A DNA stretch of 64,000 bases from Chrysomallon squamiferum (GCA_012295275.1 CM022665.1:27714001-27778000); one strand, 5' to 3'. Shown: positions 34,218 to 47,267, counted from the stretch's first letter. A program made the numbers and translations. Notes: generated from the sequence alone by a model not told the origin.

Positions 34218-35357
34218 TTATCCTCGAATTAACTTGCAGTACAAGACACAGCCAAACCTCGAGTACCTGTTTCTGTTTCCGCCGCATCCCAGGTACTTAA
34301 ACTTTTTGCATTTGCCACTTTTAGGGTCGAAATAAGACTTCGTTTTCGCACGTCTCTGCTTGCAGGAATAACCTTTATCTGGAGGAGATGAGCAGTCCGG
34401 CTTTCTTTTGCCTAAATTAATAAATAAATAAATAAAACATTTTGAAGATACAAACTAAAAAGAAAACTGTTCTGGAAATATTAATATCGAAAACTTGTAC
34501 AAACTTCAGTTCTACCAAAACAGTTTCAAACATTTTTGTTTAAGTTTGATAGTAATGATATAGTCTCGTTTTTGTTATTTCCACACTTTGGATATAATTT
34601 TATAGGCTTTCAGTTGAAACGGTCCTTATAATGTTTCTTTTTTAGTCAGAATGGAAATTAACACAAATATGTCGCATCAAATTGTAAATGCTCTTCTACA
34701 GTATACCAACAAATGATCGATTCACCTTATTAATTCATGTCTACAGGTTATCATAACTTATTGTCTTATTATATTATATATTCATTTCTACAGTGTAAGA
34801 CAACAAATAATCATTTCACACTATAAATTAATAATTATATCATTTATTCTATGTAAAAGCTAAAACAAAATGTATTACAGCAGGCTGTAGCCTATTTGAA
34901 ACGGTCCTATGCTATGCTATTCTGTTTTATTTCTCTTAGGGTATATATTTCACTTCGCTTGATTTCATCAAAGGATTATTGTGTTGTGTTACACTCCAAT
35001 TTTATATCATTTTACCAAATTTAAGTTTTAGACGCAACCGTAATTTGAAATCAATGTTTTATACATCGATCACTTACAATTAAACAATTCTTGAAATCAA
35101 TACCGTAAACCACTTTAACGAAGAATTCACCTGTATTGAGTAAGATAAACCATCCTTAATTTTGAAATTTGCCTCATTTATCTCAGTGTGGTTACGGCCA
35201 TGTAATATTGATAATAATGATCGTGGTGATGATGATAGTTACAACTGTCTGATATATAATTATAATCACTTTAGTATATACGTATATTGTACTCACCCTG
35301 GACCATAATAACGCTCATAACGACAATGAGAAGAAGAAACAAAACACTCGTCTTCAT
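34218..35357 (-). CDS. Secreted single-domain Kunitz protein K1, highly basic, 84 aa (not in the ORF track)
   Basis: Signal exon 35297-35357 MKTSVLFLLLIVVMSVIMVQ(G), phase-1 gtgag donor. Kunitz exon 34218-34411 GKRKPDCSSPPDKGYSCKQRRAKTKSYFDPKSGKCKKFKYLGCGGNRNRYSRFGCVLYCKLIRG* with six Cys and FxYxGCGGNxNR. AATAAA on minus at ~34111-34116. Confidence 0.9.
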
Positions 35358-35690
35358 GATTAGTCGTCTCTGTAATAATAAAAGTATATACAGATAGATA
35401 AACATATATAATTATAGCAAAATCAGACAGCCAGAGACAGACAGGCAGACAAACAAACAAGACAAACAAATACGGAAAGAAGACATGTGAAATGCATACA
35501 CTGATTTGTGCACAAACACACAAGATGCAGACATGCATACATTGGTACGTACATATTTTACTACTATTACGACTACGACTGCTAATGTTACTACTACGAT
35601 TACCATTACTACTGTCACTAGTAATAGTAGTAATAGCGGTAATCGTAGTCGTAGTCGTAGTAGTAGCCGTAGTAATAAAACTGTTATTAC

Positions 35691-35770
35691 CTGTTGTGAT
35701 TCGTAAGAAGGCTTGGACGTTCCAGACAGTTTTGAAGTGACTTGACGATTCTTGACTTCTTTATATATAT
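35691..35770 (-). promoter_or_regulatory. TATA box, Initiator and non-coding exon 1 of K1
   Basis: Minus strand TATATAAAG at 35767-35759, Inr-like TCACTT ~28 nt downstream (35740-35735), exon ends CAG|gtaata at 35691. Confidence 0.7.
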
Positions 35771-36405
35771 TTATTTTCCTTAGAATACAGGGGGCGTGTA
35801 AAATAATATTGATCTGTTATATATCAAAAAGCACAGAACTGTAGGATGAATGGTTTACAAGATGGCGATCAGAAACAAGTGACATTAAATTGCCATATTA
35901 ACCAACTGTTACGAACACACTTTTGTTCCGTGGGCTGTTTATGGAAACAATGCCACACAATTATAAGGTGCTTTTATTTTCTCCAATACTTAATAATATA
36001 TTACAGTAAACATATATTCTAATATTTTAATAGTTACGGCAACACGTGGGTTTTGCTAATAGCGACATTTTGAATGTAACTTCTATTTTCTTGCTACGGT
36101 CAATCATAATACTTAAACTGTTGACATACGCTTCGTTCAAAGACTAAAATAACTTCAGATAGTATACAAATATGTTCCTTGATTTAATGAAATTATTTTA
36201 TGAATTGGCTTAAGAACTTTATGAACAACTGAAACACACTTATGGAAAACCTCTTTAAAAGTCAAATGAGTTGGTGGTTAATAATATATACTGAATATAC
36301 AAGATGCTTTTTTTTTAATATTCTAAGACCAATATAAAATAAATCAAATGATTATATGCTTCTGGTAATAATAGTTATTAAAGCACATATCCGATTAAAT
36401 CATTA

Positions 36406-36457
<52 letters not shown>

Positions 36458-36866
36458 ATATTATTATTAAAAATAACAACAACACCAATGTCTGCTACTA
36501 CTATTATTACTACTACTATTTGAACATACATGAACGAATGAATAAATATTTTTTAACCATATTTATCGTTAACGGTTAATTATTATTATTCTTTTTATTT
36601 TATTATATGTCTGTAATATAAAACATATAACTATTGTTTAACATCAAACTTTGATCATTTTACCAAACTTTTTAGACCATCGACCTCTTCATGAAATCTT
36701 CAATCTCGCATCTGCAAAATCTTTTGACCTATCAGAATGGGCTTCTAGCAAATACTGACGTATTGGAATGTTACAAAAGTTTGACCTTCACTTGGAACGA
36801 AATAGTTAATTAGTTACTGGGGCCGTAATTTATGTTTTTGGGAGACTATTATTTTTTTATATAATT

Positions 36867-36905
<39 letters not shown>

Positions 36906-37052
36906 AAAATAAAAATAAAAAGGAAAACAAAAAGAAGAATATTAATCAGAAGTTTGTGATACCAACACAATCACTTCCATAATCGATACAGGTGTTTATT
37001 AATCCTTATTTTTAATTTTTTGTATTTATCCCTAAACTTTTATGAACCGATA

Positions 37053-37142
37053 TACGTATATCGACCTCTTGGATAATCCCGTCAGTCTCTACTGTTCGAC
37101 ACCAACCACAACTCCGGCCACTCCGAAATGCGACAACCTGTA
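37053..37142. mobile_element. Short Tc1/pogo (Tigger-like) MITE
   Basis: TA-flanked, ends CGACAACCTG-TA; resembles the inverted element at 41564-41677. Confidence 0.45.
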
Positions 37143-38202
37143 ATAACACATTCGTGAGACACAGAAACAACAGGATATTGACACATTATCTTTCAAATAT
37201 TAATTTTAAATAATAATTTTAAAAACTTTCAATAAACTACACAATTACTATTTCACAATTTAAAAAAAAAAAAAAAAAAAAAATTAAAAACGAATAATTA
37301 AACAACAACAAAAACAATAACAAAATAAAAACACAAATACCAAATAATAGTAAAAAAATAAGAAAAGAAATGGAAAAAAGGAAGAAAAAGGAAATCTACT
37401 ATAGAGTTATATTTATTAACTGAAAACTAGTCATTAATTGTGTTTAAACAGCATTTCATTATTAATAATTAAAAAAATACATTTAGACATAAACAACACC
37501 TTTTGTAAACAAAATTATTATTGGTAAAGGTAATTTGTTATCATTACATAGCTTGACAGAGTAATCTATGCTTTAATATATTTTCTGCCACATCGTTACC
37601 ATATAATCAATAAATTATCAGATTCATTTTCAGTTTATTAAAAATTAGCTATTATGTGAAAAGTAAGCTAACTACAGTTTCGTTTCCCTTTTCTGTTTTT
37701 CTTTTGTTTATTTATTTATTTATTTATTATTAGATTATGCAAAAAAACTTATTACACTGTGTTGTCATATATCTCTGACTGCATATTTTACTGTGCGTGT
37801 GAACAAAAATGAAAAAAGAAAATTACTTTGTTCCAGTTTCCTTGAATTAGATTTTTAATATGGTCTCTTACCAGATGTTTCAAGATATATTTTATTGTCA
37901 GTAGTAACTAAAAAAGTGTTATTAAAAATCATATGTACGATATTCTGTGAATTACATTTTGTATAAACTTTGTTACACTATGGTGACATATGTTTCAGAG
38001 ATTATATATTTTATCGTATATATATTAACTTAAATGAAATAAAATGATATACACGGTTTTTCTTTAACTGCTTTAAGCCTTTTTTAATATGAAATAATGC
38101 ATATAGCAGTCCATGTGTTCATTTTCATTGAAAACTAAATTGAGAATAATTATATAGTATTACGAACATTAAGAATCTACATATATTCTTAAAGGAAACT
38201 TG

Positions 38203-38240
<38 letters not shown>

Positions 38241-38904
38241 CGTCGTCATCACTACCATCATCATCATCTGTCTTCATTATTTATTTAAATAATATTAATT
38301 AAATGAATAAAAAGAAAATTTAGTAAAAACACAGAGCTTTAAATCCTATATACCTTAGTGTGAGAATATAAGCTTCAATGACTCTAAAATCTTATTATTA
38401 GTGTCAGTAATGTGGGTTAATGTTCGCAACACGTGTTAACAAGCAACAATGTTTAGAATGTTTTTGTTTACTGACGTAGTATTGCTTGTTGTGACATCAG
38501 TACGGTAGTAATTATCTTTTTAAAAATAAAATAAAATCAAATGAAATAAAAAAAAATAATTTAAAAAAAAAAAAATGAAATAAAAAAAATAAATAAAATG
38601 AATGAATGAATGAATGAATGAATAAAGGAAGAAAAAAGGAAAATAAGATGGAAAGATTGAAAAGAAAGAAAAGAAATAGGAAAATGAGCGTAGGTGTTAT
38701 ACAGTCCGTCCCATCTTCTAAAAAGTGTTAAATAAGTAAAATAAATAAATTAAAATAAAATAAATAAAAATAAATAAATAAATGACTAAACAAACTAATA
38801 AAAGAACCAATAGACAACAAACAACAATAATAACAATAACGAATAAACTTAGAAAATGATAAATAAAACCATTAGTACATATTATTTCATTTTATTCATT
38901 TATT

Positions 38905-39011
<107 letters not shown>

Positions 39012-39050
39012 CATAAATAGCTTTGAAGTGAACGAGAACTACCGAATGAA

Positions 39051-39151
39051 TGATGTCAGGTTGTGAAATATGTCGGATGACGTCATCAATTAATTTGCAC
39101 GTAACCGAAGATTAGAACTTACCGTTGGAAAAAACTGAAAAGAAATAAAAG
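39051..39151 (+). promoter_or_regulatory. CRE-containing promoter and non-coding exon 1 of K2
   Basis: TGATGTCA (39051) and TGACGTCA (39078-39085); candidate donor AAAG|gtacag at 39151. Confidence 0.6.
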
Positions 39152-39517
39152 GTACAGAGCTATTTTTTGCTGAAACAACCAAATTATCTGCTAATATTGA
39201 AATATTATTATTATGTTTTGAAATTTTATTTATTAATATGACGTTTTACTTCAAAATAAGAATGTTTAATATCATTTCTTGTAGTCAGAAAGAAAATGAA
39301 CATATTAACGATGATGGTAGATGATGGCTGAGTGAAGCCATGAGACGTAGCTAGTGACTGGTCGTGGGATAATTTCTCCCTGATGCTCGCGTATGGTTAT
39401 TACCCGTACCAGTCAGAATGGATTTGTCAAAGACAATGGACTGTAGTATTATATTATTTATTTATTTATTTATTATTATTATTCGTTTTTTAAATTTTTT
39501 TTTTTTTTTAGGTCACC

Positions 39518-39712
39518 ATGAAGGTACTTATACTCCTTTTGGTGCTTGTATTTATTTCGGGCGTATTCGCCTACGGTGAGAAAAATTTAGATTTTTCTTT
39601 ATCAAAGTATATACTCAGTCCTAACCACTGAGTTTTTCCTTTCAAATTATTTCCTTCACTAAATATGTTAATCCAAGTATTTTTTTTTTTTTTTTTTTTT
39701 CCACGGGGAAAA

Positions 39713-39770
<58 letters not shown>

Positions 39771-40115
39771 TAATAATAAATAAATAAATATTAAAAGAAA
39801 AAAAAGTCTTGTAATTTTGTTTCTTTTTCTGTACTTGTTTTAACTGAAAAATAGCGTTTTTTGTGATATACAAAATTACATTGGTGGTCTTGTTATTATT
39901 TAAACATTATAGGTCATCGGTGCGATCTGCCAATTCACCAGGGCATCTGTCCCGATGATGACGATGATGAGGATGATGACGATTATCCGGTGATGAGGTG
40001 GTTTTACGATGCAGTCACAGACACGTGTAAGATGTTGAAGTATTATGGATGTGGCGGAAACGGCAACAGATTTCAAACAAAAGTGGCGTGTGTACATCTG
40101 TGTGTGGATGATTAA
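39518..40115 (+). CDS. Secreted Kunitz protein K2 with poly-Asp loop insertion, 86 aa (not in the ORF track)
   Basis: Signal exon 39518-39575 MKVLILLLVLVFISGVFAY(G) with Kozak CACCATG. Exon 39913-40115 GHRCDLPIHQGICPDDDDDEDDDDYPVMRWFYDAVTDTCKMLKYYGCGGNGNRFQTKVACVHLCVDD*. AATAAA ~40127. Confidence 0.92.
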
Positions 40116-40349
40116 CGTCATGTGGAAATAAAAACAAAGAATAAAAGCGTTCTGAAAAAAGCCAAACTGTGTCTTATGTTATTATTAGTGTTTGTCGTTT
40201 TCCTAATTTGTCTCAAAACGTCCATACACACACACACACACGATGATGATGATGATGATGACGACGATGTTAATAATAATGATTATGATGATGAAATAAA
40301 TAAATAAATAAATAAAGTCAGATATTTCATATTACTGGTAACATGTCTG

Positions 40350-40431
40350 TGACGTAATCGGAAATACGTCATAAAATGAGCATATTTGTTGCACGCAGTA
40401 ACGAGTTAGAAACTACTATTGAACAGAAAAG
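40350..40431 (+). promoter_or_regulatory. Paired bZIP-site promoter and non-coding exon 1 of K3
   Basis: TGACGTAA-N7-TACGTCA-TAAAA; donor AAAG|gtaaaa at 40431. Confidence 0.65.
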
Positions 40432-40590
40432 GTAAAATAAGTTTATTTTCATTTATTTATTTAATATAATAAATTATTATTCATGTAATTTTTACTTATT
40501 TGAAATATTTAATATAATTTACTTGTTTGCTTATTATTATTAGCGCAGAAATAGGTTTAATTATTCTATTCGGTGTTATACAGATTTAAC

Positions 40591-40700
40591 ATGAAGATAC
40601 TGCTAATCCTCATAATCCTGGCATCTTTCTCGAGAATTCACACTCGCAGACACAAGTATAAAGGTGACGATGTTTTCTTCTTCTTTGATTATTTTATAAC

Positions 40701-40755
<55 letters not shown>

Positions 40756-41446
40756 CTCTCTTAATTAAATGTGATTACATTCTTGTTACATTAAACAATA
40801 TAGCAAGCACTTACAGGATTACAGTATGCATTTAATTTAACAAGAATATATATAAAACCATTTAAAGAAAATAGTGTTTTGGTTCGAACAACAAAAACAA
40901 CAACAAAAACAAAACAAAAAACCACAGTAACAACAGAAAACATTAAGACATTTTTATAATCTTGTACATTCTTGTATTTGTGATTTTGCAATAATCAACT
41001 TTAATTGGCGTGACAGCTGCGTAAATAAAATATCAGTTTCTCCAATTACATCTAATAAATATTATTAAAAAACAGTTTTTTAATATCCAAACTCGTTTAC
41101 CAATAAAAGTAGAAAATTGGCCTCTTTCTGAAAATTATGAAATAAACACCAAGCACAGATGCTCGAACAAATCCGAGCGCGCGCGTGCGCACTCACGCAC
41201 ACACACACACACACAAAAAAGAAAAGAAAAGAAAAAAAAGAAGAAAAATCCCATTAAAATAACAGAAAACAGAGAAACAAAACTGAAAAACACTTGATAA
41301 ATTAATAACTGTATTCTCCCCGCCAATAAAATAATTAATTTTTCCTAATCTTCACGCACACACTTACTCTTAAACGCAAAACAAACATTCATGCACAATA
41401 TTGTAGAAACATTTCATTCAGAAAGTATACTTTTAAAAAATACTAT

Positions 41447-41478
<32 letters not shown>

Positions 41479-42217
41479 ATTCTAATAATAGTAGTAGTTA
41501 AAATAGTAGTAGTAGCAGTATCAGTAGCAGCAGCAGTAGTTGTTGTTGTTGCGGTTGTTGTTGTACAGGTTGTCGGACCACAGAAAATGACCCCTAAAGC
41601 ATAAAACCAAAATTAATGGCTGGAGATTTAAAATCTGCCGGACCATGGAGTACCGGATTTAAGAGGTTCAGCCTGTAATAGTAGCAGCATTGTAGCAACA
41701 ATAGTAATAACAGCAGTAGTAGTAGTAATAATAACAGTAGTATCAGTAGTAGTAGAAGTAGCAATATTGTAGTAGTAGTTGCAGCAATAGTAGTAGTAGT
41801 AGTAATTGTAATATAGTAGCAGCAGCTGTAATAGTAGCAGTAGTAGTAACAAAAATAATAATATTTCCACATACCGGTAGAATAGTGTAGTTGTCGAGAG
41901 AGCCATACGCACACACGCCCGAACACACATACACAGAGAGAGGTACTGAGATGTAGCATTCTACAAAACTATATATATATATATATACTTTTTTAGAAGA
42001 AAATCCGTGTGACATGAAAATAGATCAAGGTGTTTGTCCTACACATGTGTTCAGACCCGATGACTTCTCTCCAGTAAGAAGATGGTTTTACCACAATCTT
42101 AATAATGCGTGCATAAAACTTAAGTTCTATGGATGCGGGGGAAACAGAAACAAATTTGAAAACCACAAGGATTGTGATACAAAATGTGTGCGCAGACCTC
42201 AGAGGTTACCGAATTAA
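40591..42217 (+). CDS. Secreted Kunitz protein K3, 97 aa
   Basis: Signal exon 40591-40663 MKILLILIILASFSRIHTRRHKYK, phase 1. Exon 41997-42217 EENPCDMKIDQGVCPTHVFRPDDFSPVRRWFYHNLNNACIKLKFYGCGGNRNKFENHKDCDTKCVRRPQRLPN*. Confidence 0.9.
41564..41677. mobile_element. Short Tc1/pogo (Tigger-like) MITE in the K3 intron
   Basis: TA-CAGGTTG ... CAGCCTG-TA inverted ends with TA TSD, inserted in a (TAG/TTG)n tract. Confidence 0.6.
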
Positions 42218-42247
42218 AGTAAATTATGAAATGAAATTGTTGTATTT

Positions 42248-42330
<83 letters not shown>

Positions 42331-42852
42331 CGCATTTAATGCACACTGTTGATATAATAATAACAAAAAGAAAGAAAGAAAGAAAATGTGATAATGTTTT
42401 TAAAGGAAAAGTAATAATAAAATATTTTGGGATGGATACAAGGTGATGTGTCCATGGAAATAATTCATTAACAAGACGAAAGAAAATATATATGTTACAA
42501 TATGAAAAAGTAATTAAGTGCAGACAGAATATTTCATTACTTTCTGTCTCAAAATATAAATTTATTTTTTCTATAAATTTAAATTTTTATATATATATAT
42601 ATATTAACTAATTAATAATTTTTTTCAGACAAGCTTTTTGAAAGAAATGATCACACATTAATTGAAACATGGAAAATAAACAAAATTAAAAACGAAGGGA
42701 AATTATAAAATAAATTGTAGTGAAACTTACGGTTTAAAAAGACAGATACTATTAATTTTTTTGTAAGTTGTACATTATCTTAATTAAATTTTTCAGACAA
42801 GCTGTTTGATAGATCTATCACAACATGGCGGCTAATAAATTACTCTCTCTCA

Positions 42853-42884
<32 letters not shown>

Positions 42885-43056
42885 AATGCACACTGTTGAT
42901 AAAATAATAACAAAAAGAAAGAAAGAAATAAAATGTGATAATGTTTTTAAAGGAACAAATAATAATACTAATTAAAATACTAATAGCCCAACAATAAATA
43001 AATAAAATATAATAAAATAAAATAAAAATAGATATTTATTAACAAGTTCATACGAA

Positions 43057-43142
43057 TGACGTAATCGGATATACGTCATAAAAAGCATATTTGTTGCCAT
43101 CAGTAACTAGTCGGAAATTACTACTGAAATGTGAATAGAAAA

Positions 43143-43143
<1 letters not shown>
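43057..43143 (+). promoter_or_regulatory. Paired bZIP-site promoter and non-coding exon 1 of K4
   Basis: TGACGTAA-N7-TACGTCA-TAAAAA, homologous to the K3 module; donor AAAG|gtaata at 43143. Confidence 0.65.
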
Positions 43144-43188
<45 letters not shown>

Positions 43189-43403
43189 CACACACACACA
43201 TACACACACACAAAAACAAAATTAAAAAAAAGAAAAAGAAAAAAAAAAGAAGAAAAAATCATCTTAAAATGTCTGGTAGCAAGTTACAAATATAAATATA
43301 ATAATACTATTTACAAAGATGCATGCATAAAATTATTTCAGTCGTTTAATTTAATAATAATAATAACCGAGTTAATATTTATGTTCAGGATTTTAGACTG
43401 AGT

Positions 43404-43638
43404 ATGAAGATACTATTAATCCTCATAATCTTGGCATCTTTCTCGAGAATTCACACTCGCAGATACAAATATAAAGGTGACGATTTTTTCTTCTTTTCTG
43501 TATTTTATAACGAATTAAAAAAAAAATAAAATAATAATAATAATAGTTAACAAAACACTAATAGGCTGTTTATACTTCTATATCTACTACTATTACAATT
43601 CCTACTACTACTACTCTTATTACTCCTGCTACCTTTAA

Positions 43639-43680
<42 letters not shown>

Positions 43681-45355
43681 CACTACTACTACTACTACTA
43701 CTATATTTACTTCTGCTACTGCTAATATTGCTGCTATTCCTGTTTTTCCAACTATTACTGTTGTTACTAATACACCAGCACAACTGCAACTTCGGATACT
43801 ATTAATACTACTACTACAACTACTGCCTTAATAAACTAATATAGTTGCAACACACACACACACATACTTTTCATCAAATAAACACATACATTACATCAAA
43901 ACAACACAAATATATCATATCAAAGCACAGACACACATACATCGTAGCAAATCAGACATACGTCACATCAAAACACACACGCACACACATGCATCACATA
44001 AAAATATGCACACATTTCGATACACATATTACGAACATCGTCAGAAAGGTACAGATAACAAATATAACTGTATTCGTGCAATATAAGTACTGAAACATTG
44101 ATTTGCTTGTTTGAGAGCAATATAGAGATTGAAACTTTGATGCACTTTTTTCACAACAACAGTTATTGAAACACTGGTACGCTTGTTTGACATCAGTATC
44201 AAACAAACCACTGTGTAAAGTGGAGATGTAATTAAATAATCAAACATTATATTTTATCAAGTATAATTTCAGAATGAATTGTTTTCTTTAGTCCATGGAT
44301 GATAATAATAATAATAATAATAATAATAATCATAATGATAATATAAATAAAAATAAATATATAAATAAATAAATAAACCAATAATTATACTATTATAAGT
44401 GTTTATTTAAGGCCGCAAATAAACTAAAATTTAGAAACAAGAACTGAAAATAAAAAATGAGTAAAATAAATTTGACAGTTTCTAAACATGGCCTGTTTTC
44501 GCAGGAAATATTTTAACATCAGGGTGCGATTATTAGTGCTGCTGCAATCCTACCTACCTACCAGCTGAGTTAATGTGTGTGATTGCGTCACCAGCACGTG
44601 GTGTTTGTGGAATGACGTCTTCGAGCGAATGTTTACTTACCTGGAGGCGTGGCTGAAAGAGTTTAAACGACCTCAGCATTATGCTGCCAGAATTACCTTT
44701 ATTGTCATTTCGTTTGACAACATATGTTATACGTCTCAAGTGCTTTTAATGCGTTTACAATTCGCTCCATTTATTTTCTCTCTTAATTGTTATTAAATTC
44801 TCGATTATTACTAGGGTCCGCTAAAGTTCATGCCATAAGGTCCTATTTATTGTTTCACTTTTATATTTAAATAAATGAATGAATGAATGAGAATGAATGA
44901 ATGAATGAATGAATAAAAATCAATCGGTCAGTTAATCGTAATATAAGAGAAAGGACACATGGATATACGAAAGTTATACTAAAACAAGATAATTAATAAA
45001 ATTATGTTAAACGAAGATTGGAAGATTTAGAATTACTACAATTTTCATAATATTGATCAGTAATAAAGAAACGTTCAGAAATTTCTCTGCATCTTCTGTG
45101 AACATTAATATAACACTGTGTATGTGCTTTTATTATTTTCTTCTTTCATATGCGTGCCATCTGGAGAAAAATAATATTATATTAAATTATTTCGATTAAA
45201 TATTTACTGAGATTCTTTTTTAGATATCGAAATATAATTTATGAATTTTGTTTTTAATTAAAACTGAAATTTGACTTCAGGTAAAAACAGGTACTTAAAA
45301 GAACTATGGAAAACTGCCATGACAGACTCACACACACACACACTCACATACATAC

Positions 45356-45415
<60 letters not shown>

Positions 45416-46022
45416 GTATTAGATAGCGAAACATTTTTATCAAGGTTATTTTAAATGACAGAAAGTTAATTTAGGTAATTTAAAAATAGATGAAGAAAAT
45501 ATAAAACAGTAATTCCGTCTGTGATTTTATTATTAATTACTGTGGTTATTTGAATAATTTAAAACTATTTTAAAGTAAATTCACAGCTAGAGAGAGAGAG
45601 AGGCTAACACTCTCAAAAACAGAAATAAAACACAAAACTCAAAACACTAAAACACAAATACACACATACGCACGCACACATAAACACATGGACACACGAA
45701 TATACAGACACATATACACATTATACACATGGTATGAAAAGTAATATTCTTTTCTTTTTTTAATCTTTCTATTTTTATTTTTTTTTGCTTCTTTTTATTT
45801 TTTTTTATTTTCTCTACAGGTGATCGCTGTGATTTAGCAATAGAACAAGGAGTTTGTGAAGACAACAGCAATAAAAATGATTTATATCCGATGATGAGGT
45901 GGTTTTACGATGATATTTCCGATTCGTGTGTCAAGCTCAAATTCTATGGCTGTGGAGGAAACAGAAACAGATTCCGAGTGAAACGGGAATGTATCAGTAG
46001 ATGTGTTCGCAAACGGTTATGA
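43404..46022 (+). CDS. Secreted Kunitz protein K4, 91 aa (not in the ORF track)
   Basis: Signal exon 43404-43476 MKILLILIILASFSRIHTRRYKYK(G). Exon 45820-46022 GDRCDLAIEQGVCEDNSNKNDLYPMMRWFYDDISDSCVKLKFYGCGGNRNRFRVKRECISRCVRKRL*. AATAAA ~46041. Confidence 0.9.
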
Positions 46023-46690
46023 GCGAGAGATAAATAATGAAATAAAATAGTTTTGTTATCTTTGTTTGTAACGTTTTTATATAAAAAGTAGTTTTATACT
46101 CTCGACAACCAAGGTATCTGTGTGCATTTTTGGAAACTGAGAACATGTAACATATTTACGTGTGTAAACTGTGCTGGTGAAACAAAACAAACAAACAAAC
46201 AAACAAATAATAATAATATATTTATTATATTTTTTTTTTTTTTATTCTATTTTTTAAAATTATATTATTATTTCATGGAGGTGTCTATGAAAACGGAACT
46301 TTGTGTTCTTTAAATATATTATAAATGTTAATTAGTGTACAGTTAGTTATACGATTACATAAAGTAAGGATATGCATTGTTATTACAACTTACAGTGTCG
46401 AGTTACTGCATATAGTATCATTCATTTTACTAAGTCAAAATATTTGTTTATAATACAGTTGTCACGCAGTGATATAAATAAATCATTCCTATGATTTTCC
46501 AGTCTATTTCTGACATTAATTAACCTGAAATATAAATAAATAAATAAATAAATAAATAATATTATGTTAAAGGAAAGAAACAATGAAAAAAAAAAAAAAA
46601 AAAAAGCTCATTGTAAAATTTTGTTATAAATGCCAGGAGACAATATTTAGAGAGTCAAGCCTCGATCTGAAACCGCTTTGAATGAATGAA

Positions 46691-46775
46691 ATTACGTGTC
46701 AACTATCAAGTGACGTCATTTATCACAACTCACAGCAAAACATTCCGGCGTCCTCAGGTTTCTATTTGTAAGTAT
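46691..46775 (+). promoter_or_regulatory. CRE promoter and non-coding exon 1 of K5
   Basis: TTACGTG followed by TGACGTCA (46711-46718); candidate donors CAG|gtttct (46757) or gtaagt (46768). Confidence 0.6.
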
Positions 46776-47229
46776 AAATGTTGCTTTATTCTATTGCAGA
46801 AATGTTCCATGCATATTCTTTGTTTTTATTACTTCACAATGCATAGGCATATCTGCCTTTTATCACAGTTTCATGCCAAAATCCTATTTTAAAAAGAAAA
46901 AAAGGACAAAGAGTTACCTAGTTTCGAACGATAATCTTTGTTTTATGTACAGATTTTTAAGTATATAAAATTATTTAATGTCTTTTTAAAATGTTTTTAT
47001 TTATTTATTTACTTTTATTTTATTGTAATTAATTTTATTTTTTTATTCATTATTTGTGTCTTTATAGTTATCACTGTTAAACTGTATTTTCATTTTGAAA
47101 TTATTTCATTCCGTTAAAAATAATATTGTGAACATCGCTCCTTAATAATTATTATTATTATTATAAATGTAGACTCAATCCATATAGGTTTTTGGTCTAA
47201 TCATACTGTTACTGCTATTGCTACTACCG

Positions 47230-47267
<38 letters not shown>

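Noticed and set aside
37063-37137. Exon-like GC-rich segment on minus (acag|GTTGTCGC...) upstream of K1
   Set aside because: No meaningful protein, K1 already has a TATA-linked first exon, and a TA-flanked MITE explains the segment better.
41569-41597. Possible alternative terminal exon for the K3 leader (GCRTTENDP*)
   Set aside because: The AG belongs to a MITE terminus, there is no polypyrimidine tract and the peptide is uninformative.
44632-44650. TACTTACCTGG resembling the 5' end of U1 snRNA (similar at ~25473)
   Set aside because: The match stops after ~11 nt with no U1 stem-loops or Sm site; it is the reverse complement of a consensus splice donor.
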